Below are positions 28,437 through 37,968 of a stretch of DNA of 64,000 nt, piece by piece. The position numbers were made by a program, and so were the translations under genes. The notes under the pieces are model-generated. The model worked only from the letters and a program-made list of their open reading frames with translations, was not told the DNA's origin and made no database searches. The DNA lies in the NCBI GenBank assembly GCA_965197645.1, contig OZ240219.1, forward strand, positions 1,952,001 to 2,016,000, written 5' to 3'. The DNA comes from Dehalococcoidia bacterium. Lineage in GTDB: Bacteria; Chloroflexota; Dehalococcoidia; Plut-88900. Position 1 is the first letter of the stretch. Each line of letters begins with the position of its first letter.

Positions 28437-29264
28437 TTAGAGTCCTCCGACCTGAGAGTCCTGGTCTTCCACGAGGACGCGAACATCCGCAAAATAGGTG
28501 GTGTAATCGTCCCGGTCGTAGTGCCACACTATTCCCCAGGCATCGAGTGAGTCATCATCCTCGTAGGTGGATACCGTCACCGTCTGGGGCGTGTTCCAGT
28601 TCTCCGGGGTGAACGTCAAACTGGCAGGCGTTGACTGTACGGTCTGGTACGGAGCCACTACGACGGTGACGTCTTCCGGCGGCTGCGAGACAAGGGTAAC
28701 GGTGTACGTTGCGCTGCCGCCTTCCGCTATCGTGAGGTCTTCCGTGGACAGTTCAAACACGGGCGCCCTGTCGGGACGAGGATAGGTTCGAGCGTCGTTC
28801 TGGACCGCCTGGTCGGAAAAGAGCGGAACGGCGTTCCCGGCAGCGTCAACGAGGATGCCTCCTCCGTTTTCGGCAAATATGTTGTCGTAAGAGACCCGTA
28901 GCTCCTGGTGACCGGATACAGCGAACGACAGCTGCAGCCAGAGCTCGTTGCCGGAGATGTAGTCGTTGTCCGACAGGACGTCATCATGGCCGTCCACGGT
29001 CACGTCCATGACCGCTTTGAAGAAACGGTATACGGGGACGTTGTACTGCTGTATGGCGTATGCAACCGCCGGACTGACGGTGATCTCTTCGCTGAAGGTC
29101 ACGATGACATAGCCCCCATCGGTCCTCGCGCTCTCGAACACCGGGGCATCGGTGTCGGGTTCATCGTCGGCGTCCTGCGCGTTCAGGGTGTAAGGGAAGA
29201 ACGAGAGCGCGCCTGCCACGATCAACACTCCGAGAATCGCGGACAGTTTCGTTGCCTTGACCAC
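28437..29264 (-). CDS. Secreted beta-sandwich surface protein ending in GGL
   Basis: Signal peptide; DAAGNAV (SwmB-like) and LTFTPENWNTPQTVTV modules; ends SQVGGL. Confidence 0.8.
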   Translation of the reverse strand: MVKATKLSAILGVLIVAGALSFFPYTLNAQDADDEPDTDAPVFESARTDGGYVIVTFSEEITVSPAVAYAIQQYNVPVYRFFKAVMDVTVDGHDDVLSDNDYISGNELWLQLSFAVSGHQELRVSYDNIFAENGGGILVDAAGNAVPLFSDQAVQNDARTYPRPDRAPVFELSTEDLTIAEGGSATYTVTLVSQPPEDVTVVVAPYQTVQSTPASLTFTPENWNTPQTVTVSTYEDDDSLDAWGIVWHYDRDDYTTYFADVRVLVEDQDSQVGGL

Positions 29265-29320
29265 TATTGGTATTGCTCTCCTCTACAAGCTGGGCGTGTC
29301 ACGGGGCAATCCCCGGGCCA

Positions 29321-29480
29321 TTAGAGGCCCCCGAGGGGGGTGTAAAACAACTCTGTAGGCCGCGACCACGCGCCCCATCCATCGTCGCCGAACCGGCCGC
29401 GGACCCGGATGCTCACCACGCTGAATTCGCCGTCCGCGATGCGGACCGTCCCGCTCAACTCGGGCCACCTCCCGCCGGTG
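29321..29480 (-). pseudogene. 3' remnant of an FN3-like gene ending in GGL
   Basis: Own translation: ...WPELSGTVRIADGEFSVVSIRVRGRFGDDGWGAWSRPTELFYTPLGGL*; 5' part is replaced by the lipoprotein arm. Confidence 0.6.
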
Positions 29481-29496
29481 TTACTCATGGTGAAGC

Positions 29497-29769
29497 TCAC
29501 GTTGGTGTCGCCGTTGCAGTCGCCTGTGAGGTTGATGTGGCGGTCGGGAGAGCGGTAGGTGTGGGCGTTGCAGCTTCCGGCACCGAGGTGTTTGCCACAG
29601 CCGATGTGGGAGCATGTGTTGGTTCCGGATTGACCCTCTGCTCTGATGAGGTAGTGGTGCTAGAATCGGTCCCGTTTGAAGGAATGGGCTCTGGCTCATC
29701 GGAACACCCGGTTAGCAGGATGGCGAGCACTGCGATGCTCAGCACCAGACCAATGATTGACTTCGACAT
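29497..29769 (-). pseudogene. Truncated MSKSII-family lipoprotein (signal + stalk only)
   Basis: Near-identical to the N-terminus of 37969..39345 but stops after the Thr/Pro stalk. Confidence 0.7.
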
Positions 29770-29834
29770 TGCTTTCACGTCCTTAAACGTCCCTACATTG
29801 AAGCTTGTTGGCTCCTCATCACTTGACCTTTGGA

Positions 29835-30893
29835 CTAGGGCGGCGTGGCTTGGCCATAGAAATCATCGCCCCAGCACTCGACGGAGCCGTCGGTCCTCAC
29901 CCCGCAGGTGTGGTACCACCAGGCGCTGACCGAGGCGAACTCCCAGGACGGCGCCGTGGCCTGACCATAGCCATCATCGCCCCAGCACACGACGGAGCCG
30001 TCGGTCCTCACCCCGCAGGTGTGGTACCTCCCGCCGCTGACCGAGGCGAACTCCCCGGACGGCGGCGTGGCCTTACCATATGCAACATCGCCCCAGCACT
30101 CGACGGCGCCGTCGGTCCTCGCCCCGCAGGTGTGGAGCACCCCGGCGCTGACCGAGGCGAACTCCCCGCGCGGCGGCGTGGCCTCGCCATAGCCATCAGC
30201 GCCCCAGCACACGACGGAGCCGTCGGTCCTCACCCCGCAGGTGTGGTTACTCCCGGCGCTGACCGAGGCGAACTCCCCGGACGGCGGCGCGGCCTGGCCA
30301 TGTCTGTCCAAGCCCCAGCACTCGACGGAGCCGTCGGTCCTCGCCCCGCAGGTGTGGAAATACCCGGCGCTGACCGAGGCGAACTCCCCGGACGGCGGCG
30401 TGGCCTGGCCATATTTGTCCCGGCCCCAGCATTGGACGGAGCCGTCGGTCCTCACCCCGCAGGTGTGGAGCCCTCCGCTGCTGACCGAGGCGAACTCCCC
30501 GGACGGCGGCGTAGCCTGACCAGCCCAGCTGGACCCCCAGCACACGACGGAGCCGTCGGTCCTCACCCCGCAGGTGTGGGACACCCCGGCGCTGACGGAG
30601 GCGAACTCCTCGGCGGACCTGGTCTTTGGTGCGGCGGCAGTCGCCGTGGCTGTGGGCGTAGCTGTGGCGGTCGGGAGAGCGGCAGGTGTGGGCGTTGCAG
30701 CTTCCGGCACCGGGATGTTTGTCAGAGCCGATGTGGGAGCATGTGTTGGCTCAGGATTGACCCCCTGCTCCGATGAGGTGGTGCTGGAATCGATCTCGTT
30801 CGAAGGATTGGGATCTGGCTCATCGGAACACCCGGTTAGCAGGATGGCGAGGATCGCGATGCTCAGCACCAGACCAATGATTGACTTCGACAT
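29835..30893 (-). CDS. MSKSII-family lipoprotein with seven RCC1-like repeats
   Basis: Lipobox LLTGC; seven 37-aa repeats EFASVSAGxxHTCGVRTDGSVxCWGxxxxGxATPPSG. Confidence 0.88.
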   Translation of the reverse strand: MSKSIIGLVLSIAILAILLTGCSDEPDPNPSNEIDSSTTSSEQGVNPEPTHAPTSALTNIPVPEAATPTPAALPTATATPTATATAAAPKTRSAEEFASVSAGVSHTCGVRTDGSVVCWGSSWAGQATPPSGEFASVSSGGLHTCGVRTDGSVQCWGRDKYGQATPPSGEFASVSAGYFHTCGARTDGSVECWGLDRHGQAAPPSGEFASVSAGSNHTCGVRTDGSVVCWGADGYGEATPPRGEFASVSAGVLHTCGARTDGAVECWGDVAYGKATPPSGEFASVSGGRYHTCGVRTDGSVVCWGDDGYGQATAPSWEFASVSAWWYHTCGVRTDGSVECWGDDFYGQATPP

Positions 30894-31159
30894 TGCTTTC
30901 ACGTCCTTAACTTCCCTAAGTGGAACCTTGCTAACTCCTCTTCGCTTGACCTTTCATCGAATGGGGGGCGGACCGGGTCGCGGAGACCACGTCAACACGG
31001 GCTGTTGCGACCGCCGTCTCTGCTCCGTCGAGCATTGGGATTCCTCGTCTACCGGTACTGGTCATCGCTCCCCTCTCCTAGCGTCGTATGATTGCCTGGA
31101 CACTTCCTTGCCCATGACAAGGCTTGCCGCCCGAAAAGCAGCCCTTGTCAACATAAATC

Positions 31160-31510
31160 GTAGAGAGCTTCCAAGCCGGATATAAGGTGCAAATGTCTAT
31201 TTTGCTCTAGGCATTTATCTAGACATTTGTCTATAGGAATTGCATAGGCAAATGACTACGAGGGGCCTATGCACATGCCGCGGCAGGTCTCAGCCCGGCG
31301 TGTTCAGGAAGCGGTGTGGACGCTCAACGGGACTCCCATCGGCTGACGGTCGGGGAATGGCGGGACGCAGCCGTGAGCGTCGAAATGGCGGCGGCGGTCT
31401 GGAACAAGCCGGAGGCCCCCGCCGTTACAGCAGGGGCCTCGTCGCTGCTCGCTCCGTTACCTGTCGGTCTGCTTCCTCGGTTCCCGGCGGACCGACGGCG
31501 GGGCAAGGCA
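31160..31510 (-). repeat. Left copy of ~340 bp inverted repeat containing promoter/operator array
   Basis: 31189-31268 is the exact reverse complement of 36954-37033 (80 bp); looser similarity extends to about 31510/36727. Confidence 0.9.
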
Positions 31511-31611
31511 GGAGGGCTTGCGGCGCGAACGCTGCGGGGCCGCCTTGCCGGGGGACGTTGGGCGGGCGGTGGAGGCGCTATCGAGTCGTGGGGAGTTGGC
31601 GCGGGAGAAAT

Positions 31612-32277
31612 TCAGCCGAGCTCTCGGTCCACCAGTCCGTTTCGCACGGCCCAGACGACGATCTCCTGCTTGCTGCCGAATCCCAGCTTGTCCTGTATGT
31701 GGTAGATGGTGTTGCGGACCGTCGATGAGCGGTTGCCCCTGGCCTCGGCGATGGCGGCGTACGACATCCCCTGCGCGAACTGCGCGAGTATCTCCTTCTC
31801 CCTCGATGTCAGCTCCTTCCTCCGGGGCGAATCAATGTCCTCCGGCAGGTGGCGCAGCCGCCTGAACACCCGTCTCATCACGTCCCGGGGCATCCGGTAC
31901 TCGCCTCCGGCTACGTCCCTGACCATTGCCAACAGCTGCTCCGTCCCGGTGAACTTCTGAAGGTATCCGTCGGCGCCGGCGGCCACCGCCTCTATGACGG
32001 CGTCCTTCTCGGTGGAAGCAGTCAGCATGAGCACCCTGACGTCCTCCAGGGCGTCTATGATCTCGCGGCACGCATCTATCCCGTCCCTGCCCGGCATCAG
32101 CACGTCCATGATGATGAGGTCCGGGACCACCTCCTTCGCCACCCGCTCCGCCTCCTCGCCGTCCCCGGCGTGTCCCACCACCTCGAACTCGCCGGTCCGC
32201 TCCAGCAGCTGCTGGAGACCGTCACGCATGACCGGGTGGTCATCCACCAGCAAGACTCTGGTCGGGGTCGAAGTCAT
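31612..32277 (-). CDS. NarL/LuxR-family response regulator
   Basis: VLLVDDHPVMRDGL, PDLIIMDVLMP, LMLTAS, GYLQK, LTSREKEIL...TVRNTIYHIQDKLG. Confidence 0.95.
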   Translation of the reverse strand: MTSTPTRVLLVDDHPVMRDGLQQLLERTGEFEVVGHAGDGEEAERVAKEVVPDLIIMDVLMPGRDGIDACREIIDALEDVRVLMLTASTEKDAVIEAVAAGADGYLQKFTGTEQLLAMVRDVAGGEYRMPRDVMRRVFRRLRHLPEDIDSPRRKELTSREKEILAQFAQGMSYAAIAEARGNRSSTVRNTIYHIQDKLGFGSKQEIVVWAVRNGLVDRELG

Positions 32278-32278
32278 T

Positions 32279-33496
32279 TTAGCTCCCTCCTCTCATATGC
32301 CTGTAGGGAAGCTCGCAGGTCACAGTGGTTCTCCATCCGGACCCGCCTGTCTCCACCACCAGCCTGCCGCCCAGCCGCTCGGCGTCCTCCCTCATGTTCC
32401 TGAAGCCCTGGCCGCGCGTTGCGTAGTCATCGGGAAGACCGGTCCCATCGTCGCAAATCGACATCCGCAGTCCGTCGCCCTCGAAGTCGAGGCCGACGCG
32501 GACGTGACTCGCATGGGAGTGGCGGAGGGCGTTGGTCAGGGCGTTGAAGGCGATGGAGAACAGCGCCCCCCGCGTTGCGATGGGCAGGGGCGGTTCGACG
32601 CCCGTCTGCACCATGTCGGCGGGAATGGAGGAGATGGTCGAGAAGGTCGCCGCCAGCGACTCCAGCACCCCGCCAAGCTCCATCCCCTCGAAGATCTCCC
32701 CGATCTCCATCGGGTGCCTCATCTCCCACATCGCCGACCTCGACAGGGCTGAGGTCTCGTCGAGCGTCGACATCAGCTCCTCGTTGGACCGGTCGGCAAG
32801 CTCCTTCGCCCTCTCGATGCCCATCCCTATCAGGTAGGCGGACTGGGCCATCGTGTTGTGGATGGCGTGGGAGAGCTCGATGCGCTCCCGTTGAAGCGTC
32901 CGCTCCCGCTCCACCGCCTCCATCCTCCTGATCCGCTCCACCCTGGAGATCAGGTTGACGACCACCACCACGGTGTACATCCCGGCAACCCGTATGAGCA
33001 GTATCTCCTCGTCATTGGCTGAGAAGTCCAGCCGGGGCTCCACCGCGAGGCAGAGGGCCGCGTAGACGGCCGCCGCCATCGTGACCCAGACGAGGGTGAG
33101 CCTGACCGACCCGAATACCACCGCGAACAGGGCGAGGGACGGGTAGTACCCCACGAAGAAGGGAGACTCGAACCCCCGGTGCGCCGCAACGCCGCCGCTG
33201 AGCATCGCCAGGTCCAGGGCGCTCAGCGCGAGCATCCACCGCCAGGACACGGTCCTCTCCGTGGCGAGCCGGTAGTGGAGGTATCCGTTGGTGGCGAACA
33301 GCAGTATTGCAAGGGCCACGTTCGGCGCGTACACCACCTCGTCGACGTTGAGCGGGTACAGCCAGGCGAACGCGGCAATAGACCAGACGAACCAGCGTCC
33401 CCAGACATAGACCCTAGCCACGCGGCGCAGTTCGCCCGGCTCCGGCAGGTCGAAGCTGTGCAGGAAGGCCGGAAGTGCGCTGGCCGCTGTGCTCAC
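32279..33496 (-). CDS. Membrane sensor histidine kinase (HisKA_3/NarX type)
   Basis: 5-6 TM helices; ERIELSHAIHNTMAQ H-box; NALTNALRHS, DDGTG, GQGFRNMREDAERLGG. Confidence 0.92.
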   Translation of the reverse strand: MSTAASALPAFLHSFDLPEPGELRRVARVYVWGRWFVWSIAAFAWLYPLNVDEVVYAPNVALAILLFATNGYLHYRLATERTVSWRWMLALSALDLAMLSGGVAAHRGFESPFFVGYYPSLALFAVVFGSVRLTLVWVTMAAAVYAALCLAVEPRLDFSANDEEILLIRVAGMYTVVVVVNLISRVERIRRMEAVERERTLQRERIELSHAIHNTMAQSAYLIGMGIERAKELADRSNEELMSTLDETSALSRSAMWEMRHPMEIGEIFEGMELGGVLESLAATFSTISSIPADMVQTGVEPPLPIATRGALFSIAFNALTNALRHSHASHVRVGLDFEGDGLRMSICDDGTGLPDDYATRGQGFRNMREDAERLGGRLVVETGGSGWRTTVTCELPYRHMRGGS

Positions 33497-33712
33497 TGGA
33501 TTCAGGACTCTTCTCCATCAGGTTGGATTACGGCAGATCGCGGCTGGAATGTGATATGTTCCTCTACCGGGAGCGGCGGCCTCAGCCTCGAAATGAGAAG
33601 GTCTAAATAGGCAAAACCCGCCAGGTGGAAATACCCGTCCAGCAGTCATTCATATCCTAGAATTTAGTCCAATGAACTGAAGGCATCAAGGGCGTATGAA
33701 CCACACCGCTTA

Positions 33713-33726
33713 TAGGCATGTGTCTA
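33713..33726. promoter_or_regulatory. Palindromic operator TAGGCATGTGTCTA
   Basis: Matches the TAG(G/A/T)CANNTG(C/T/A)CTA boxes in the two inverted repeats; lies in the divergent gap between the kinase and 33938. Confidence 0.5.
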
Positions 33727-33937
33727 TGCCATGGACTCTAGGATGTGGCCGGATTTCGGCGTACTGTTGTGGAAACTAGCTGATTCGTGCTCCTCATATA
33801 GGTTGAGGCTTATCACGTTGCCTTCTAGAATGCAGCGACATTTACCGTAGCGGGACCCACATGATGATGGAATACGATAACACGGACACAATCGTTATGA
33901 TGGGCGAGACCGGCGCGACGATCCAGCAGGTGCCGGA

Positions 33938-34369
33938 TTGATTCGGACCGTCCTGCTCATCGGGGTCGTGGCTCTCGCCGCAGTGGTCATGACCGGGTGC
34001 GAGCGTTTGTTTCCTGACGTCGAGGACTGGATTGCCGACTCGGAGACGCTCGCACGACGCTTCGACGCCCGGCTGGGCGACCTGAAAGAGTGCGTCGAGG
34101 AGGACAGCTGCGAAGAGGCGCTTGATGCGGAGAGAGGCGTCTTCGTCATGTGCTCGTGGGTCATGTCGCGTGGAGATCTTGCTCCGGAGGGTTTCGAGGC
34201 GGCGGAGTGGCCGCGGTTCGACACGCTCTGCGAGGGGCTGGAGGGGGTGCTGGAGCTGCCGAAGGCGGGCGCGCTCCTGCGCATTGAGGACCTCCAGGAT
34301 GAGACAGGCCGCATCAGTGAGGGAATCCGTGACGACATCGAACCCCGAGAGCGGGAAAAGGCGGAATGA
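33938..34369 (+). CDS. Small lipoprotein
   Basis: Hydrophobic signal with lipobox VMTGC. Confidence 0.65.
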   Translation: MIRTVLLIGVVALAAVVMTGCERLFPDVEDWIADSETLARRFDARLGDLKECVEEDSCEEALDAERGVFVMCSWVMSRGDLAPEGFEAAEWPRFDTLCEGLEGVLELPKAGALLRIEDLQDETGRISEGIRDDIEPREREKAE

Positions 34370-34825
34370 GACGAAGGTCAGGAACTGGTTGAGACTGCCT
34401 AGCGCCCATCGGAATGGATGTCACCGTGGGCACCATCCCCGGAGTCCAGCATCAGTTCCGACAATAGCCACCGGCCCACTTTTCCCCATAGCCGTCCCAA
34501 GGTCTCGCGAGGTCACCCTCAACCTCACTCGCGTCCCGCCATCGTCCCTTATGAGATCAGGAGCCACATCACACATTCAGACATCCTTTAGGACCCTGTC
34601 AATGCCGAAGCCGAGGGGCTCGGCAGTTTCACGGGCTGCCCAGCCACATCCCGAAACCCTTCTACCTGTCATCCACGTTGACCTACCTGGAAAGGTCCGA
34701 ATAGGTATCCAGGCCTGCCGCTTCCAAATATGCGGTTCTTATGACGCTTGCCGGGATCGAGCGGACTCTCGTGCAAGGGGGCAATTCACGGCCCGGAGCC
34801 GGATGGGTCGCCCCCTTTGAGCAAT

Positions 34826-36421
34826 ATGCTCAAGCTATATCCACGAAAGGGCCGCCAATTGGCTTTCGCCTTCGGCTTGCGAGACAGCCTGCTCAAAACC
34901 CTTCACCCGACCGCGCGGATTGCGCTGTCGTGTTTGATGGCCGTAGCCGTGATTACGGCATGTGACAAAGGAGATATGCCTGCTCCGACTCAGGAGCCAA
35001 CAGCCACCACGACGCGGGAACCGACGCCCACGCCAATTCAGACCACCCGTCCCGGCGCGGCAGGGCTGGACGACCCTCTATTTCCCGAGCTGGGCAACGG
35101 CGGTTATGACGTTTCCCGCTACACGGTGACCCTCGACATCGACGTGGGAGCCAACGAGATCTCGGGCCGGGCTCGAATCGAAGCCGACGCTACACAGAAC
35201 CTCTCCTCGTTCAATCTGGACTTTCGAGGCTTAATGGTTACGCAGGTCGCCGTGGATGGCCGCCCAGCCGACCACTCTCGCGCCGGATACGAGCTGACAA
35301 TCGAGCCCGGTGCGCCAATCCCCGCAGGAACGACCTTCAAAGCCACGGTCTCTTACGAGGGTCAGCCTTCGACCAGCTCCGTGCCTGGAACAAGTCTCCT
35401 GACAGGCTGGATAGACTACGAGACCGGGATAATTGCGTACGGCGAACCCTGGGGAGCGTCGCACTGGTTCCCAGTCAATGAGCATCCATCCGATAAAGCC
35501 CTGTACACCTTCATCATCACCGTGCCCGAGCCCTATGAAGTGGCCTCAAACGGCGAATTGACCAGTACCACCGACCACGGGGAGACTGTTACGTACGTAT
35601 GGGAAAGCATCCACGAGATGGCCAGCTATCTAACGTTCCTGGCGGTCGCTCAGTTTGACGACGTCGCCGATGAAAGTCCTGGGGGGATAACCGTCGTTGA
35701 CTCGGTGGAAACGTCGATAGACGAATCAGCAAGGGATAGTCTGGACAGCGTCCCTTTGATAGTCGATTTCTTCAGTGAACTGTTCGGGCCATATCCATTC
35801 GAGTCCACCGGCTCCGTCGTCATCGACGAGGCGATTCCGCCGCTGGAAACCCAACCCCGACCCGTCTACGGGATACGGGCCCTGGAGAACTTCGGCGACA
35901 GGTTGATAGCCCACGAGTTGGCGCACCAGTGGTTTGGGAACCTGCTTACTCCCGCGTCGTGGCAGGACTTGTGGCTGAACGAGGGGTTCGCCACCTACGC
36001 TGAGTGGCTGTGGCTGGACCACAAGTCCGGCGGCGGCTGTTTCGAGGAGTTCTGGGAGATGGTCTGGCGACCTGTCTATGGGCCGCCGGCGAATCCCGAC
36101 CCCGACACCCTTTTCAGCGGCAGTGTGTATGCGAGAGGCGCAATGGCCCTCCACGCACTGCGCATTGAAATCGGCGACGAGGCGTTTTTCAAGACTCTGC
36201 GTGAATATATTTCCCGCCACGCCGGGGGTAACGTGACAACCGAGGACTTTGTGGTCGTGGCTCAGGAGATGGCGGGCAGGGAACTGGACGACCTTTTTGA
36301 TTCCTGGCTCTTTGGTGAGACCACTCCTCCTCCGCCGGGAATGAACGGCGGTCTGGGCAATCAGCCAACTCCTTCTCCAGGTCGGGCTATTGGGGAGAGG
36401 TGTCTACACGGACATCGGTAA
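34826..36421 (+). CDS. M1-family zinc aminopeptidase, probable lipoprotein
   Basis: DPLFPELGNGGYDV, WFPVNEHPSDKA, HELAHQWFGN...LWLNEGFATYAE, VYARGA; lipobox-like ITAC; start uncertain. Confidence 0.9.
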   Translation: MLKLYPRKGRQLAFAFGLRDSLLKTLHPTARIALSCLMAVAVITACDKGDMPAPTQEPTATTTREPTPTPIQTTRPGAAGLDDPLFPELGNGGYDVSRYTVTLDIDVGANEISGRARIEADATQNLSSFNLDFRGLMVTQVAVDGRPADHSRAGYELTIEPGAPIPAGTTFKATVSYEGQPSTSSVPGTSLLTGWIDYETGIIAYGEPWGASHWFPVNEHPSDKALYTFIITVPEPYEVASNGELTSTTDHGETVTYVWESIHEMASYLTFLAVAQFDDVADESPGGITVVDSVETSIDESARDSLDSVPLIVDFFSELFGPYPFESTGSVVIDEAIPPLETQPRPVYGIRALENFGDRLIAHELAHQWFGNLLTPASWQDLWLNEGFATYAEWLWLDHKSGGGCFEEFWEMVWRPVYGPPANPDPDTLFSGSVYARGAMALHALRIEIGDEAFFKTLREYISRHAGGNVTTEDFVVVAQEMAGRELDDLFDSWLFGETTPPPPGMNGGLGNQPTPSPGRAIGERCLHGHR

Positions 36422-36603
36422 CAGCCCCACGGTCCAACTATATCTTCACCACGCCGCTCGTCAGCTACCCGATGCCAGATGGAGGGAGGCGGGAAAAGGC
36501 GGAGGCATGATTGTGAGGGACGGAGGGCAGGGTGCTGGCGGAACCTTTCTTGAGTCACGCTGCCCCGGCCCACCACAATTGCCGGGGAGGGCCTTGGTGG
36601 AAC

Positions 36604-36663
36604 CTCACAGAGCCCCAACCACATCTCGAAGACCGTTCTTTCTACCGTCAAAATAGGCTCACC
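36604..36663. repeat. Direct repeat copy 1 (att-like)
   Basis: About 49/61 identical by manual alignment to 46574-46634. Confidence 0.75.
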
Positions 36664-36726
36664 AGACTTGATGAAGTCAAGAACCTTAACCTTGGGGGTC
36701 AGGTTGGCGGTGTATTTTGACGCCGA

Positions 36727-37066
36727 CCTTGCCCCGCTGGCGGTCCGCCGAGAATCAGAGGCAGGCCGACAGGTTACGGAGCTAGCAGCGATGAGGCCCC
36801 TGCTGTAACGACGGGGCCTTTGGCTTGTTTCAGACTGCCGCCGACGCCCCCCGATCCCTCCCCATTCCCTCTGATAGGCGATGCGGGTCCGATTGAGCGT
36901 CCAAGTGGTTTGCTGACTACGCTGGGCTGAGACCTGCCGCGGCATGGACATAGAGGCCCCTCGTAGTCATTTGCCTATGCAATTCCTATAGACAAATGTC
37001 TAGATAAATGCCTAGAGCAAAATAGACATTTGCTCCTTACATCCGGCCTGGAAGCTCAGTACGATG
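36727..37066 (+). repeat. Right copy of inverted repeat containing promoter/operator array
   Basis: Boxes at 36964, 36989, 37001 and 37023; TACGAT -10-like hexamer at 37060. Confidence 0.9.
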
Positions 37067-37164
37067 GGCCAGGATGCAGCGGCAGGCGGTGGGAGAACCA
37101 CCTGTTGCCACTCCCTAACCATCACCAACCGTTCTATGCAATAGAATAGAATTAGGAGGACAAG

Positions 37165-37593
37165 ATGCAACTTCGAGTTGCAGGTTTGGCAACAGGAGCG
37201 CTCGGCGCTGTTCTGCTGGTGATTGGCGCGCTTCTCCCCTGGCTAACGGTGCATGACCAGTCACACAATGGGCTAGACTTGGAGGACGGCTGGCTCACCG
37301 TAGGACTAGGGGTAGCGGCTTTGGTCATCCTGTTGTTGGTTACCATCTTCGGGCGGACTGGGAGATGGATGGCCCTCATAGGTGGCTTTCTGGTCTTGGC
37401 AATGGGCGTTCTCAACACATTCGCAGCGGTGATAGATATGGATCTCGGCACCGCTGACGCGCTCCTAGGCGCCTCCGTTGCTTATGGGCTGTATGTTGTC
37501 CTTATCGGGGGCATCCTTATGGGGCTCGCGGGCTTGGCCCTTCTCGTCTTAGGAGCCAAGGGTAGTCTCGGCCGGACAGCTTCCTCCTCCTGA
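37165..37593 (+). CDS. Four-TM membrane protein
   Basis: AGGAGG RBS; LLPW...G...DGW and GLYVVLIGG hydrophobic segments. Confidence 0.75.
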   Translation: MQLRVAGLATGALGAVLLVIGALLPWLTVHDQSHNGLDLEDGWLTVGLGVAALVILLLVTIFGRTGRWMALIGGFLVLAMGVLNTFAAVIDMDLGTADALLGASVAYGLYVVLIGGILMGLAGLALLVLGAKGSLGRTASSS

Positions 37594-37797
37594 CCCGGGT
37601 GGAAGGCATGACAAGGCCGTCCAGCCCAACTCCTCCTTCCGGGAGGTCCCAGTTCGGAAACTCTCTAGTTCACCCGCAAGCTGGAGCACGCCGGCGCCTT
37701 CAAGTCCCCGCTCGGGGCGGAACGGCGTCAGAGTCGTCTCCATTACCGGCAGGCCCGCGGGTTGACCGCACTCGGAGATGCCAAATCGGCGCAAGTA

Positions 37798-37904
37798 GAG
37801 TTTGCTTCGGTCAGCGCCGGGTGGCTCCACACCTGCGGGGTGAGGACCGACGGCACCGTCGGATGCTGGGGCCGCAGTAATTTTGGCCAAGCTTACCCAC
37901 CTAA
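37798..37904 (+). pseudogene. Orphan terminal RCC1-like repeat
   Basis: EFASVSAGWLHTCGVRTDGTVGCWGRSNFGQAYPP* with no signal peptide; followed by the same spacer that follows the 29835 gene. Confidence 0.75.
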
Positions 37905-37968
37905 TCCAAAGGTCAAGTGATGAGGATCCAACAAGTTTCAAGTTAGGGGCGTTAAGGACGTGAAAGCA

